From positions 13,722 through 77,721 of IMG/VR virus record IMGVR_UViG_3300046692_000072: 64,000 bases of DNA; one strand, 5' to 3'. Positions 10,463 through 21,257 of the stretch are shown piece after piece. This DNA is from a virus. A model generated the notes under the pieces. It was given only the letters and a program-made list of their open reading frames with translations. It ran no database searches and was not told where the DNA came from. The position numbers and the translations under genes are program-made. Position 1 is the first letter of the stretch. The number at the start of each line of letters is the position of its first letter.

Positions 10463-11620
10463 TTATATACGACCCTGCATCTGTTTGAGGAACGCTTCAT
10501 CATCCATCGCTAGATAATTGACAGCTTCCTGTTTCTTAGCTGGCGTATCCTTTGCAGGAGCAGCAGCCTTGACACGATCAGCAGCAGGATCAATCTTTGG
10601 AGTTACCGCTCGGTCAGTAGCTACAGGAGTTGGCTTTGGAGCTTCCTGTTGCTTAAACCCATTGGTTTCCACCAGATGGTCACCTACACGCTTGTAAGCT
10701 TCAATAAAGGGAATGTTGCGAGGAATTAGTCCAAGAGTCCTTTGACGCTCCATCTCAGTCGTGATCTGGTCATAGATACCATTGGCACGTTGCTGGTGGA
10801 AAACATCGACAAGTTCTGGTTGATTCCAGAGAGCGTCCTTAGAGGTTTGATCCCAGTCGTTATTGATCTGAAGCAGTGTAGCTCTTCCTTCCTCATTGCT
10901 GGAATACTCATCCAGTTTAGTTTGGAAGGCTACCTGTTGATCACTAACACTGTGATTACCGGGCTGGTAGCTCGATGGTTCCGCAGTATTAATGTCCAGT
11001 GGATCAACTCCACTGTCCGTTATGAGCTTCTTAATAGCCTCTGGATTCTTATTTTTCAAGTCAATAAAGAATGAAATGTCAGATTCCGTAAGTTTGTTGT
11101 TATCAAGCATCGTAACTAGCTTCATCTTAGGGGCTAGTTCTTGCATCTTACGGGTATAGTTAGCACCCATCTGCATCAGCTTGACTGCTTCTTCAGGAGA
11201 GTTCAGCTTGATCTCTTTACCATTCGCTTTGAATGGTGCCAGGATCTTGTTGTACTGTTCCTCATAGTTAATTGGTTGGGCTTCAACCGGATCCTTCTTA
11301 GCAGGATCTACTACTGCATCGGGCTTCGCTTCGTCCGCCTTGGCTTCCGCAGGCTTCGCCTGCTCGCCGTCGTCCTTACGCTCGCCTTCTACTACCTTGG
11401 TAGTATCATCGGGAACAATTTCTTCATCCGGTTTATCCAAAGGATTAGGTTCTACTGCCTTTGGTTCTTCTTGAACCACGGGAGCCTCTACAACAACAGG
11501 AGCTTCTGTTGGTTTAGGTTCCTCAACGACAGGCGCCTCCACAATGGGAGGCGTTGACATCTTCAGGAAGTCATCATCAGACATTGCAAACATGTCTGTG
11601 GGGGACGTTGCACTAGTCAT
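10463..11620 (-). CDS. N4 gp57-like protein (scaffold/tape-measure-like)
   Basis: PFKANGKEI...LMQMGANYTRKMQ motif; upstream of the MCP. Confidence 0.8.
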   Translation of the reverse strand: MTSATSPTDMFAMSDDDFLKMSTPPIVEAPVVEEPKPTEAPVVVEAPVVQEEPKAVEPNPLDKPDEEIVPDDTTKVVEGERKDDGEQAKPAEAKADEAKPDAVVDPAKKDPVEAQPINYEEQYNKILAPFKANGKEIKLNSPEEAVKLMQMGANYTRKMQELAPKMKLVTMLDNNKLTESDISFFIDLKNKNPEAIKKLITDSGVDPLDINTAEPSSYQPGNHSVSDQQVAFQTKLDEYSSNEEGRATLLQINNDWDQTSKDALWNQPELVDVFHQQRANGIYDQITTEMERQRTLGLIPRNIPFIEAYKRVGDHLVETNGFKQQEAPKPTPVATDRAVTPKIDPAADRVKAAAPAKDTPAKKQEAVNYLAMDDEAFLKQMQGRI

Positions 11621-11967
11621 TCAGAAGCTCCTTCAGCACGGAGCTCATCGAGAATCTGTTCCTGATCCCGAAGATCTTGCTCAGCAACATTACCCATACG
11701 GATTAGCATCGAGAGCCAACGCTTAAGGTGACCAGATGCTTGGGCGATGTTGAGTGCATCACGACGAGAGTTATCATCAGGAAGTGCAGGATCCTGGGAG
11801 AGTTGGACAAATCGAGCTGCTTCTTTAACGAGGAACTCCTCGTTGATCAGTTTGATAAAATCCGAATTGTTCTGCAAACGGAGAAGACGATCTCGCATTT
11901 CCATCTGAACCTTGAGTTCGGCAATACGGTATTCCGTTTGCTCAATGTTCGATTGAATTTCAGACAT
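11617..11967 (-). CDS. N4 gp58-like protein
   Basis: 116 aa coiled-coil protein between the portal and gp57. Confidence 0.7.
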   Translation of the reverse strand: MSEIQSNIEQTEYRIAELKVQMEMRDRLLRLQNNSDFIKLINEEFLVKEAARFVQLSQDPALPDDNSRRDALNIAQASGHLKRWLSMLIRMGNVAEQDLRDQEQILDELRAEGASE

Positions 11968-12005
11968 TAGAAGTTCCTTGAGGGTTAATGTTTAACGCCT
12001 TTCAG

Positions 12006-14204
12006 TTAAAGGCTAAATCCATTGTTATGGTCTAGTGCAGGTTTAGTCAACTGGTTGTAACCAATAGCAGTCTCCACATCTGGATCAGACTCACCACCAT
12101 TAGCTTGTTTCTTTGGCTTCAGTAGAGCTTTGGTAACTTCCAGATCCTGGTTACCTTGAGACTGTGCACGCTGCTTTTGCATTTCACGCTCATGCTTAGT
12201 ACCAGTCTCTGTCTCTACGAAATCGAGATTCTTGTTATCAGCATCAGCTTGCTTAACAGTAGCTTCAGCTTGATTTTTAAGAGTCTCAGACTTGAGCTTA
12301 TCAATCTCAGCTTGGAGCTTCTGCATCTCAAGTTGTTGAAGCTGCTGCTGCATAGGGTCAGGCTCGGGCTTGTACATCTTGATGGCATGTTCCAGCTCAG
12401 GCATACGCTTGAGACGGCAGATCTCTGCGAGAACCATTTGAACCATGGGAAGAGGGAACTTGGGTCCGATAGTCTGGAGCATAAAGCCCAGATCTTGAGA
12501 CTTTGCAGAGTCCACTTCCGCTGTAGAGATATCAACCTCTAGGTCGAAATCACCCTTCAGATCATCAGGAGAGACCTTAACAAACTCGGTATTGGTAACT
12601 CGAACCACTTCATCTTGGCTCAAGAACACACCATTCATGGAGATGAGCTTCTGCCCAACTTCCATCATACCCTTGGCTAGACGACGAAGAATCGCCATCT
12701 CACGCTTGGATGCAGCATCAAGGACACCCTTAATACCAGCAGCAACGTCACCGTATGCTTCACCAGAGATACCGCCACCAAAGGATTTGACACCCGTAAG
12801 GGCTTCAGCTTCCTGGTTCTGGAGATTCAACATCAGTAGAGCAGACTGTGGGAGCTCTGGGTATTTATGCTCAACGAGTCCAACTGCTGGATTAGTACCA
12901 GGGTTATACTCATAATCCTGACCGTTATCGAACCGGCGACGATTCAGAACGTCAAGCATACCCTTCTGGATACCCTTCTGAGCATTGGCAGAACGACCCA
13001 AGAGGTCGATCATACCACGAGTCAAGGCACCCAGAATTGCTTGGTTATCTTCCAGAAGTTCAGCATCTGGTTCACCATAAAGCTCACGCTTTACAGGGAG
13101 ATAAGGGATTACAACGAATGGGAGCTTCTGATCTGGGAATGGATTTTCTTCCATTCGAATCATCGTGTCACCGATCCAGGTAGCAACGATAGGGGTCAGA
13201 ACACCATTGCCCTCTACATCGTAGAAGCCCCAATACTCATAGGCAACGATACGTTTACGAGGAGTATCCTTGAACTGATAGGACGGATCCTTCGTAGTGG
13301 TCGTATAATCCGGCATCGATAGAGCAGGGGGAAGAGCATCCCAATTGAGGTTCTCAAGGTTCTTGTACCGACCATCCTTCTTCAGTTCAGCTTGTGACGT
13401 TTCAAAAAGAACTATGACAAACATAGCCTTATCCATGTCACCTTCGCACGAAGGATCAATGTAAACGTTACGTGGATTGAGGATCTGAACCGTAGGACGA
13501 TTCTCAATAATCTTATCCTTGGTTACCTTTTGGGTACCAGTCGCTTGAGCAATCGTAATTTGCCCAGTCTCATTATAGAGATCGAGGGCAGCAACCATTT
13601 CAGGACTAGAATTCTCTTGGAAGCCTCTTGGATCTTCCTGAGACGTAGCAACCATTTCCTGGAACTTCTGAGCAGTAGCTTCATCAGTAATAGGATAATG
13701 CGTATAGGTAGGTTCTTCCGTGGTCACCTTGACAGTGGCACGCTTCCAACCTGTTCGAATGATGCAGGTACCCTCATCAACAGTAGAGCGAACCATATCA
13801 TCAATGAATTTGACTCTGTTCAGCTTGGTTCGGAACTGCCAATTGATTACAAGCTCGTTCTGTCGAGCTGCATCACCATCCTCAAAGGTTACTGGTGATA
13901 CCTTAAACAGCTTAGCTGAGCCAAGGAAGGGCTCGGTAAGTGCGGAGTATCTCCACTCAGCTTGACGACGAATCAGCTTTGGTTGGACCTTGGATCGACC
14001 CTGAACCTCTTTTGGTTTAGCAGATCCACTCACTGACATCAGATCGTTCCATTTCTGGATCCTGGCAATCTGGGTATCGTGAGAAGTTTTCGAACCAAGG
14101 AAGTCAGCGTACAGGTCTGACTTGTTAGGCTCCTTCGTCCAGTTCGTTAGCTTCTGACTTGCGGGGCGAGTTTCCGCCAACGTGAACTGCATCTCTGACA
14201 TCAT
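12006..14204 (-). CDS. Portal protein (N4 gp59-like)
   Basis: 732 aa; [26 protein letters not shown] motif. Confidence 0.92.
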   Translation of the reverse strand: MMSEMQFTLAETRPASQKLTNWTKEPNKSDLYADFLGSKTSHDTQIARIQKWNDLMSVSGSAKPKEVQGRSKVQPKLIRRQAEWRYSALTEPFLGSAKLFKVSPVTFEDGDAARQNELVINWQFRTKLNRVKFIDDMVRSTVDEGTCIIRTGWKRATVKVTTEEPTYTHYPITDEATAQKFQEMVATSQEDPRGFQENSSPEMVAALDLYNETGQITIAQATGTQKVTKDKIIENRPTVQILNPRNVYIDPSCEGDMDKAMFVIVLFETSQAELKKDGRYKNLENLNWDALPPALSMPDYTTTTKDPSYQFKDTPRKRIVAYEYWGFYDVEGNGVLTPIVATWIGDTMIRMEENPFPDQKLPFVVIPYLPVKRELYGEPDAELLEDNQAILGALTRGMIDLLGRSANAQKGIQKGMLDVLNRRRFDNGQDYEYNPGTNPAVGLVEHKYPELPQSALLMLNLQNQEAEALTGVKSFGGGISGEAYGDVAAGIKGVLDAASKREMAILRRLAKGMMEVGQKLISMNGVFLSQDEVVRVTNTEFVKVSPDDLKGDFDLEVDISTAEVDSAKSQDLGFMLQTIGPKFPLPMVQMVLAEICRLKRMPELEHAIKMYKPEPDPMQQQLQQLEMQKLQAEIDKLKSETLKNQAEATVKQADADNKNLDFVETETGTKHEREMQKQRAQSQGNQDLEVTKALLKPKKQANGGESDPDVETAIGYNQLTKPALDHNNGFSL

Positions 14205-14449
14205 TGATTCCTGTACGAATTATGTGCTTCACAAGTATTCTTATTCCATACACCACCAGCACATAGTCTAGCAACAGTACGGTTGATCTTGTCTTGATCG
14301 ACAGGAGTAGCGCCTCTGGCTCCAACTAGATTGGTGCCTACGATATCACCGAGGGTTTTCACATTTGCCGGTCCCAAAGTTGTACACCCGTGGGAGGAGA
14401 CACTTACTATAATCAAGCTCACCACGGTCAGCATTGCTGAGACTCTCAT
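14201..14449 (-). CDS. Putative o-spanin lipoprotein (Rz1-like)
   Basis: Hydrophobic signal plus Cys (…VSSHGC), overlaps the i-spanin in another frame, lysis-cassette position; start uncertain. Confidence 0.55.
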   Translation of the reverse strand: MRVSAMLTVVSLIIVSVSSHGCTTLGPANVKTLGDIVGTNLVGARGATPVDQDKINRTVARLCAGGVWNKNTCEAHNSYRNQ

Positions 14450-14579
14450 GGTTCTGTTCCTTAATTTCTTGGCGAACTTCTTCACCACCTTTATGGAAGA
14501 CAAAAAGATAGGAGGCGGCAATTGCTGCCACCCCCAATCCGATGAGTATGAGACGTATATTCCACGTCATGTTTATCAC
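14346..14579 (-). CDS. Putative i-spanin (Rz-like)
   Basis: N-terminal TM helix, short periplasmic helix with two Cys, directly downstream of the endolysin. Confidence 0.6.
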   Translation of the reverse strand: MINMTWNIRLILIGLGVAAIAASYLFVFHKGGEEVRQEIKEQNHESLSNADRGELDYSKCLLPRVYNFGTGKCENPR

Positions 14580-15710
14580 CTATTCAGGCATGGGGACTAG
14601 AGCAGTGAAATGCTCTTCCTTGGTTCCAGTGTAAGTCTGCTTGGATTCACGCCACTTGTAAACGGTAACACCCAAACCAACAACGATACCAACTACGGTT
14701 AAAACACCAACAATGGTATTCAGATTTTGAACCAAAGGTGAGAGAAACTCATATTGCCCTAGATCATTCACATAACCTTGGACCGTTTCCTTCGTACCCT
14801 TGAGCAGAGCAGGAGCACCAATACCACCAGCTACAGCTTTCTGGACTGTGGGGTTGCTCATCAGACTAGTCATTCCAGGCTTAGGTTTGACGTTCTCACG
14901 GTAGGTAGCAAGAGCTTGCTGTGTCTTTGGACCCACCAAACCATCCTGACCAAGACTATGATCCTTCTGGAACTGGATCAAAGCAACCTTGGTGGACTGA
15001 CCAAAGTCACCATCAACGGTAACCTTATAGCCAGCGCTATTGAGAATAGCCTGAAGATCCTTAACCCCAGCACCCTTGGATCCCATACGCAGAGTTCCAT
15101 CCACATGGGAAGCAACAGGGATATTACCGCCATTGCGGGCGTAAGCCTCACTCATATGGGTATCATACTTGTACTTACGGTAATTAGGTCCGTTGTACCC
15201 ACGAGCAAAACCCGAGAAGTCTCGGTTACGAAGTTCGTCTACAAGACCCTTCTTGACGATGAATTTGACCATGACTTCAAGCTGACCGTTGAAGCCAGAG
15301 CGAACTATACGGATAAAATCATCAAGAGAGCTGTATCCGAGATCCTTCCAATTGGATCCCATAACCTGACCTACACCATAGGAGCAGGACTGGAATGCTG
15401 CGTCTTTATCAATCTGGGCAGCTTTCAGAAGAAGTTTCCATCGGTCTTCTTGCGACTTTGGATTTTTAATCTTCCCTGCTTCCGCAGACGAGACACCTGC
15501 CTTCCTTGCAGCAGTGCGCTTAGAAGGATCACACAGACGGTCAAAATAGTGACCTTCATAACGGATTATCGGTTCAAGGCGACCGTTGATCCAGGCACCG
15601 ACAATGCCATTGGATTCAACTTCAAGGGGGGCAGCAAGAGCTGCATACTCAACTTGGATAGCGTTTGCGTAATTGTGGACGGCAAGCTGCTCATCTGGCT
15701 TCAATTGCAT
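14580..15710 (-). CDS. Endolysin: DUF3380 N-acetylmuramidase + peptidoglycan-binding domain + C-terminal TM segment
   Basis: EVES, YEGHYF, SYGVGQVMGSNW, FARGYNGP motifs; PG-binding DGDFG..T..A...FQ....L..DGLVGP.T; start MQLKPDE at 15710. Confidence 0.88.
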   Translation of the reverse strand: MQLKPDEQLAVHNYANAIQVEYAALAAPLEVESNGIVGAWINGRLEPIIRYEGHYFDRLCDPSKRTAARKAGVSSAEAGKIKNPKSQEDRWKLLLKAAQIDKDAAFQSCSYGVGQVMGSNWKDLGYSSLDDFIRIVRSGFNGQLEVMVKFIVKKGLVDELRNRDFSGFARGYNGPNYRKYKYDTHMSEAYARNGGNIPVASHVDGTLRMGSKGAGVKDLQAILNSAGYKVTVDGDFGQSTKVALIQFQKDHSLGQDGLVGPKTQQALATYRENVKPKPGMTSLMSNPTVQKAVAGGIGAPALLKGTKETVQGYVNDLGQYEFLSPLVQNLNTIVGVLTVVGIVVGLGVTVYKWRESKQTYTGTKEEHFTALVPMPE

Positions 15711-15858
15711 AGTATAGTTCCTTAACCTGTTTGGTTGATTGAGGAACATGAATACTAACATATGACCAACCAACATATGTCAAAGCTGGAACCAGAAGGA
15801 CATAGATAGCAATGTCCTTCCAGCGATTTCGAGGCAGTACGAGCTTAATGTAATGCAT

Positions 15859-16161
15859 CTACTTCACCATCAAAAGTTTGACAGCAGTGAATACACCAAT
15901 AATCACACCTGCAACAGCACCAGCTTTGAAAAAGAGTTTGGTGATCCATGCAATATGATTTGCAGTGACTACCAAGTTGTTGATTGTCGATTGAGCTTCA
16001 AGGAGAGAGTAGAAGGATTTACGACGATCTTCTGAGCCAAGGGCTTTAGCGATCTTGGTAATGGCTTCCTTCTCGTCATTGGACAAACGTTGCCAATCAC
16101 GAAGGTGATCTAAATCACCCGCCGAGAGTTCAATGGTTACCTTCTTACGTGTCACATCCAT
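15859..16161 (-). CDS. Putative holin/membrane protein
   Basis: 100 aa with one C-terminal TM helix, upstream of the endolysin. Confidence 0.5.
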   Translation of the reverse strand: MDVTRKKVTIELSAGDLDHLRDWQRLSNDEKEAITKIAKALGSEDRRKSFYSLLEAQSTINNLVVTANHIAWITKLFFKAGAVAGVIIGVFTAVKLLMVK

Positions 16162-16293
16162 ATTCTTATCCTTATAAGGAAGGGAGTGACGGTATTCGTA
16201 TCAGTGAGTCGTCAGGTCTTTAATAATACATATCACATATATGAGATACTAACTTTATTAATACACCCCCACTTTTCAGCGAGGGTGTAATTA

Positions 16294-17361
16294 TTAAGCA
16301 ACTCTGCCGAGAATTGTTCCAGGAGTAAGGAACTGAATGTAAGCAGCACGATAAGCGTAACCTGCTACACCACCCGCTACACCAGCAGAACCAGAGGTGT
16401 AGTTACCACTGCTGCCTGAGTTACCCGTGCCACCGGAAGATCCGTATGCTCCACCAGTTCCACCGGTACCGCCTGTGCCTGCATTGGTTCCACCAGCACT
16501 ACCAGCAGATCCAGAAGCATTGCTGCCGTCAGCACCCTGACCCCTACCACCGCTACCATATGTACCACCTGAGGTGTAAGCAGTGGCAGGATAAGTCCTA
16601 CGGATACCGTAGTAATCTCTAGAGGAACCAGTGGAGCTGTCAGTAGTGTGGAAGCTATCTCTATAATAAGTGTAGATACCCGCCGTATAAGAAGTAGCAG
16701 TCTTAATGAGACTTGCAGTGACTACACCCCCACCCCAGACGAGTTGAGCAGTACCGCTACCACTGCTTGATGGTGTGGACCAATAGTACTCACTACCAGA
16801 TCTGGCATAGTAAGGGCCTTCAGTAGCAGTGTAACCGTACTGCCCTTGACCACCATTACCACCACGTCCGCCACCCCCACCACCGGATCGGATAGTTCCA
16901 TAATTGTTGATCAGGAGCTTCTTGCCACCAGTATAGGCATAAGTACCTGAATAGAAGGCATCCCCACCAACACCTGAGTTGGCAGCACCACCATTACCTT
17001 GGATGGTTCCGTAGTTATCAAGCGTGAGGGTACCACCCCAAGGAGTGGTCACAGCACCAGACTGGATAGCAATAGCCCAGGTATTACCCGAACCAGGGGA
17101 ACACGTTACCCCGGCGTTGATAACAACTCGCTTGTTCTTATTCGCCGTCCAATCAGCAGGATCAAAGAGACTAGACAGAAGGAACGGACTCGTCTGGTTC
17201 GCTGTGATTGTAACAACGATTTCAGACTCATAGACGTTCTTATAAACGCCTGCCACTTTATGATTCAAGCTAATGGCGGGAACCCATACTCCCGCCTGCT
17301 TGAGATACATATTGTCTACAAGCTTATAGATGCCTGCTTCCTTACGATATGTAAAACCCAT
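16294..17361 (-). CDS. Gly-rich tail fibre / receptor-binding tip protein
   Basis: Extensive GGxG repeats and N.GTI..GGGGGG motifs typical of phage adhesins. Confidence 0.7.
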   Translation of the reverse strand: MGFTYRKEAGIYKLVDNMYLKQAGVWVPAISLNHKVAGVYKNVYESEIVVTITANQTSPFLLSSLFDPADWTANKNKRVVINAGVTCSPGSGNTWAIAIQSGAVTTPWGGTLTLDNYGTIQGNGGAANSGVGGDAFYSGTYAYTGGKKLLINNYGTIRSGGGGGGRGGNGGQGQYGYTATEGPYYARSGSEYYWSTPSSSGSGTAQLVWGGGVVTASLIKTATSYTAGIYTYYRDSFHTTDSSTGSSRDYYGIRRTYPATAYTSGGTYGSGGRGQGADGSNASGSAGSAGGTNAGTGGTGGTGGAYGSSGGTGNSGSSGNYTSGSAGVAGGVAGYAYRAAYIQFLTPGTILGRVA

Positions 17362-17371
17362 AGGTCACCTC

Positions 17372-18961
17372 TTACGAATCGTATTGGAAGTAGATGTCAC
17401 CATTAACACCAGTACCGTTATCTGGAGCAGCAGTACCTGAATAGATATCCGCAGTGGCGATAGTACCAATGTCAGCAGGTTGAACGGCAGTATCCGCAAG
17501 AGATCCCTGTGCACTCGATGCCTTAGCACCAAGAGCGTCAGCAATGGCACCAGCAGCAACCATGTCAGCTTCAGACTTGTTCGCTACGTTATTGAGACCA
17601 ACATCAGTCTTATCCAAAGTAACAGCACCTACCTTGCCTGCTACAGAGAACACAGACTCAGTGTTCTTGACCTTATCCCAACCAGTACCGTTAGAAACGA
17701 TCCAGTCAGATACAGCCCACTCGTTAATACCAGAGATGTTAGTGGTACCTGCCGTGCCTACTTTATAGTACCAACCTTTGTTGCTGGCAGAAGCTGAAGG
17801 GATAGCAGGCGTGTTCGCCGTAGCATCCCAATCACCCTGATACTGCAAAGTACCCTTGACGCTCGCAGGAAGATTAACAAGTGGAACCAGGATGGAAGCA
17901 TCCAAAGGTGCCACACCGTTTGCTACGTTCTTCTGAGAGACAGAGATCTTCGCATCGATAGCAGCTTGGAGACCAGCAACCGTGCTGATTGCCTGAGTTC
18001 CCGTATGGTTCGCTCGTGCAAGGAGAGTAGCATTGGAGGAGTTGGCAGTTGCACCCGTTGCAATACCAGCAAGCTTGGTACGCTCAACGTCAGTGAGAAT
18101 CTTGGCAACAGAGGTTTCCACCATGTTACCCATGGAGAAAGCGTCACCGTTTTTGCCGGTTGGGTCATAAGTACCAACGAGCATATCACCGGTACCTGCA
18201 CCCGCAGCACCACGAACGTTCACGCCATCTGCGATATTCGAGCTGAAACCGGTAGAGGTAACGTAGACATTGATCGCAGGTTTAGCCCCAGAACCACCCG
18301 TCCAGTCTACAATCTTTTGAACCAGAGCAGAACCATTAGCAACAAGTGCAAAGACAGGAGTCCATGCATTGTTACCAGTTGGGAGCGTGAGATCCAGAAC
18401 CTGATCTGGGGTAGCACCACTGATGTTAGCAGCAGCAGTTAAACCAGAGGAGACCGTACCAATGGTCAGCGTATTCGATGGAGCTCGCGGCATACCAAAG
18501 GTAAGACGCTTCAGGTTAGGGTCATACGATACCGTAGGATCCTCACCAGCATTCAGGATGTTACCCAGTACATTGATACTGGTAAGCAGGTTATCTCTGA
18601 TGGTGATGGATTCATTCTTGGCAGCGACCGCAGCAGCAGAGTCAGCAGCAGTTTGAGTTGCTGCATTAACAATGATCTGCAAGTCATCGTAGATATTGAG
18701 AATCTGCTCAACGTTATCAGCAACAGCAGCGACTGCTTCCAGGTTCTCAGCAAGCTGCTCGATAGAGTCGAGCTTGGGAGCAATAGCAATAATAGCAGCG
18801 ATGTTATCACCAACTGCCTGCACTGCTTCAATGCCACCCTGAACAGAAACAATGAATGACATGTTCTGGGCAACGTACTTAACAACATCATACGATGTCA
18901 TCAGTACTTTCTCTACGATAAGCTCAGGAGTACCTGTAGCGAATGGGGGCAAACCTGCCAT
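17372..18961 (-). CDS. Tail fibre protein
   Basis: N4-like N-terminal attachment segment (YDVVKYVAQN), coiled coil, ERTKLAGIATGATAN, VAGKVGAVTLDKTDVGLNNV. Confidence 0.75.
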   Translation of the reverse strand: MAGLPPFATGTPELIVEKVLMTSYDVVKYVAQNMSFIVSVQGGIEAVQAVGDNIAAIIAIAPKLDSIEQLAENLEAVAAVADNVEQILNIYDDLQIIVNAATQTAADSAAAVAAKNESITIRDNLLTSINVLGNILNAGEDPTVSYDPNLKRLTFGMPRAPSNTLTIGTVSSGLTAAANISGATPDQVLDLTLPTGNNAWTPVFALVANGSALVQKIVDWTGGSGAKPAINVYVTSTGFSSNIADGVNVRGAAGAGTGDMLVGTYDPTGKNGDAFSMGNMVETSVAKILTDVERTKLAGIATGATANSSNATLLARANHTGTQAISTVAGLQAAIDAKISVSQKNVANGVAPLDASILVPLVNLPASVKGTLQYQGDWDATANTPAIPSASASNKGWYYKVGTAGTTNISGINEWAVSDWIVSNGTGWDKVKNTESVFSVAGKVGAVTLDKTDVGLNNVANKSEADMVAAGAIADALGAKASSAQGSLADTAVQPADIGTIATADIYSGTAAPDNGTGVNGDIYFQYDS

Positions 18962-19659
18962 TATACGAATCCTCTTTTAGCGAACTTAGTATCCGAAGTG
19001 GAGGCAGTTTGGTTCACCAAGTCTTTGGATTCGATATCCAAGCAAATAGCTTCGTACTCTGCCGTAAGTGTCTGTTGCTTTAACAGATTATCCTGTCCAT
19101 TCATACTGCCAATAATGGCACCACCTACCGCAGCAGTGACTGCACCCTCCAGGTAAGCTGGAACCAAAAGGGGAAATTCATCCTCTGCATCAGAAGGAAT
19201 TATCGGATGTCTAGCTTGATACTGTATTGCAAGAGCCTGACCATTCTGAGGATGAGGAACTTGAAGCACGTTTGGTTGAGGTGTGAAGAGAGACCAGAAG
19301 TCCTCGATATCATTAAGAACAAAGGTCGCGCCGAAGTTATTATACACTGCAAGGATCTTCAGTACGTCACCCGTAAAGGGTTCCTCGAAATCCATAATGT
19401 ATTTGTGAGTTTCGTCACTCCCGGAAGACTGAGCGAATCTCGTCTCAAGGGGATAGTTTACCCTGCTGGAGTAGGTCTCGATCAGGACACTCTTTTCATA
19501 GAGCACAAACCTAGTAAACACACGAAGCAGAACCTCATTGATGTGTGTGACAACCTGTGCTCGCTTGCCAGTTGGAACAGTTCCTGCACCGTCATCCCCG
19601 ATACTGAGATTGGAGAGGTGGCTATGAGAAAGCTTTTTAAACAGTTCACCTAGATTCAT
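18961..19659 (-). CDS. Virion adaptor protein (N4 gp67-like)
   Basis: LS..HLSNLSIG, DVLKILAVYN and terminal KFAKRGFV motifs; follows the terminase. Confidence 0.8.
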   Translation of the reverse strand: MNLGELFKKLSHSHLSNLSIGDDGAGTVPTGKRAQVVTHINEVLLRVFTRFVLYEKSVLIETYSSRVNYPLETRFAQSSGSDETHKYIMDFEEPFTGDVLKILAVYNNFGATFVLNDIEDFWSLFTPQPNVLQVPHPQNGQALAIQYQARHPIIPSDAEDEFPLLVPAYLEGAVTAAVGGAIIGSMNGQDNLLKQQTLTAEYEAICLDIESKDLVNQTASTSDTKFAKRGFV

Positions 19660-19666
19660 AATGTCC

Positions 19667-21256
19667 TCAAACAATGTAAGATGAGAGAGGGATGGTCTCT
19701 AGATCGACTTCCTCTGGTTCCCAACGATTAGTTTCTTCAGAGTATTTACCAGCATCTTGACTTGGTTTCCATGGGGTAAGGTATGCTAGCTGAGAAATAG
19801 TATCGATGGTGTCATCTTTCCCTTTAATACCATTCATCGTAGCGAGTTTGATTTGTTCCAGGAAAATACCAACAACACGACTAGTCCTCCACTCTTCTGG
19901 GAAATAGATCTTGCCCATTTTGAACCATGGAACGACAAGGTTAAATCGTGCGAGCTTATTAACAATTGGGTGGATGCCGGGCTTGCCGGAATCTTTATCG
20001 CTGGCAAAGGTAAACCAGATGTTTCTGTTGAGCTGCTCTTGCTGGATCCACTTGATGAATGCTCCCTGCTGACCAGACACTTCGATGCCGACCTGCTGTG
20101 GGCGGTACTCTTGAACCAGTCGGAACAGATCATTGATAGTCTTATCCATCAACTGCTTCTCGGCAACACCGTCTACCCAGAACCAATCTCCGTTAGAGTT
20201 ATAGGCCCAAACGGATATGACACTGAAATCGCTAGTCTGCTTATCCGTGGTGGCGAAGTCAGTGGTGATGTAGAAATTAAATGCCGAGCGATTCTGAAGA
20301 ATACCTTGGCGAGAGAACCAGCGAATCTCGCCATCTTGGACGAGACGCTCTTCATCACTGGAGATCCTGAGCATCAGCTCCTGGTAGAAGGAGGGGAGCT
20401 TACCCGTCAGGACTGACTTCTTATACTGTTCATTAATGAACTCATATGAGAAGCGATCCTCCCAAGCTCCTCTAAACTCTTCCTTTGTGCAGGGGAATGT
20501 TTCACATACAGGCCAGACGTTCACGTCCCATGCGCCTGATTCTACCGCTTCAATGATCGGATCCTCTTTATTGAAAGGGGTACCATTGAAGATGACCTTC
20601 CTCCTCGTTGGATCCAGTGCGTAGTCAACCGCCTTGTAGATGGTGGACTTAATCGCCTCCAGCGAGGTAGGGGATCGAGCATCCTCATCCGAGATCAGGT
20701 CATCGAGCACTGCGATAGGAGGACGTTTACCAAAGATCTTGGTACCACGCAGACCTGTCTTGGCACCGAACATCTTGATACCAAACAACTTTCCTTCCTT
20801 GTTTTCAAACTGGATATAGTTGTCTGTGAAGTGAGCCTTGGGGATCCATTCCTGAAGGAAATCAGAGTGTTCGTAGCGAAACTCAATGTTCTTTCTCGCT
20901 GCCTTCACACCGTTATCCATCGAGTCGGATACGTAGATCATGGAGTCCACTTCTCCGAAATTCGGTAGATAGGTAAACACACCGAGGAATAGGGAAAAGT
21001 ATTCCATATACAGAGTTGTCTTAGCTGCACCACGGAAACATAGATTAACAATGTCTCTTGAGCTGGAGACTGTCTTATCCAACATCGCTAGATGCATGAC
21101 TGGTGTCTTGGAAGATTCCCCTTCCTTACCATTCACCAGCTTAATGAAGTTCATGAACAGAAGAGAGAAGTCAGTTGGTACATATGAACCATTGTTTAGG
21201 TAATCATAATCAACTTGATTCAACCAGTCATCGATACTTTGCTTCTTATTAATCAT
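19667..21256 (-). CDS. terL: Terminase large subunit (N4 gp68-like)
   Basis: CFRGAAKTT Walker A, LDDL Walker B, TTDFAT nuclease motif, DDTIDTIS; start MINKKQ at 21256. Confidence 0.93.
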   Translation of the reverse strand: MINKKQSIDDWLNQVDYDYLNNGSYVPTDFSLLFMNFIKLVNGKEGESSKTPVMHLAMLDKTVSSSRDIVNLCFRGAAKTTLYMEYFSLFLGVFTYLPNFGEVDSMIYVSDSMDNGVKAARKNIEFRYEHSDFLQEWIPKAHFTDNYIQFENKEGKLFGIKMFGAKTGLRGTKIFGKRPPIAVLDDLISDEDARSPTSLEAIKSTIYKAVDYALDPTRRKVIFNGTPFNKEDPIIEAVESGAWDVNVWPVCETFPCTKEEFRGAWEDRFSYEFINEQYKKSVLTGKLPSFYQELMLRISSDEERLVQDGEIRWFSRQGILQNRSAFNFYITTDFATTDKQTSDFSVISVWAYNSNGDWFWVDGVAEKQLMDKTINDLFRLVQEYRPQQVGIEVSGQQGAFIKWIQQEQLNRNIWFTFASDKDSGKPGIHPIVNKLARFNLVVPWFKMGKIYFPEEWRTSRVVGIFLEQIKLATMNGIKGKDDTIDTISQLAYLTPWKPSQDAGKYSEETNRWEPEEVDLETIPLSSYIV

Positions 21257-21257
21257 G

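Noticed and set aside
14778-15725. 315-aa + strand ORF
   Set aside because: Antisense to the endolysin
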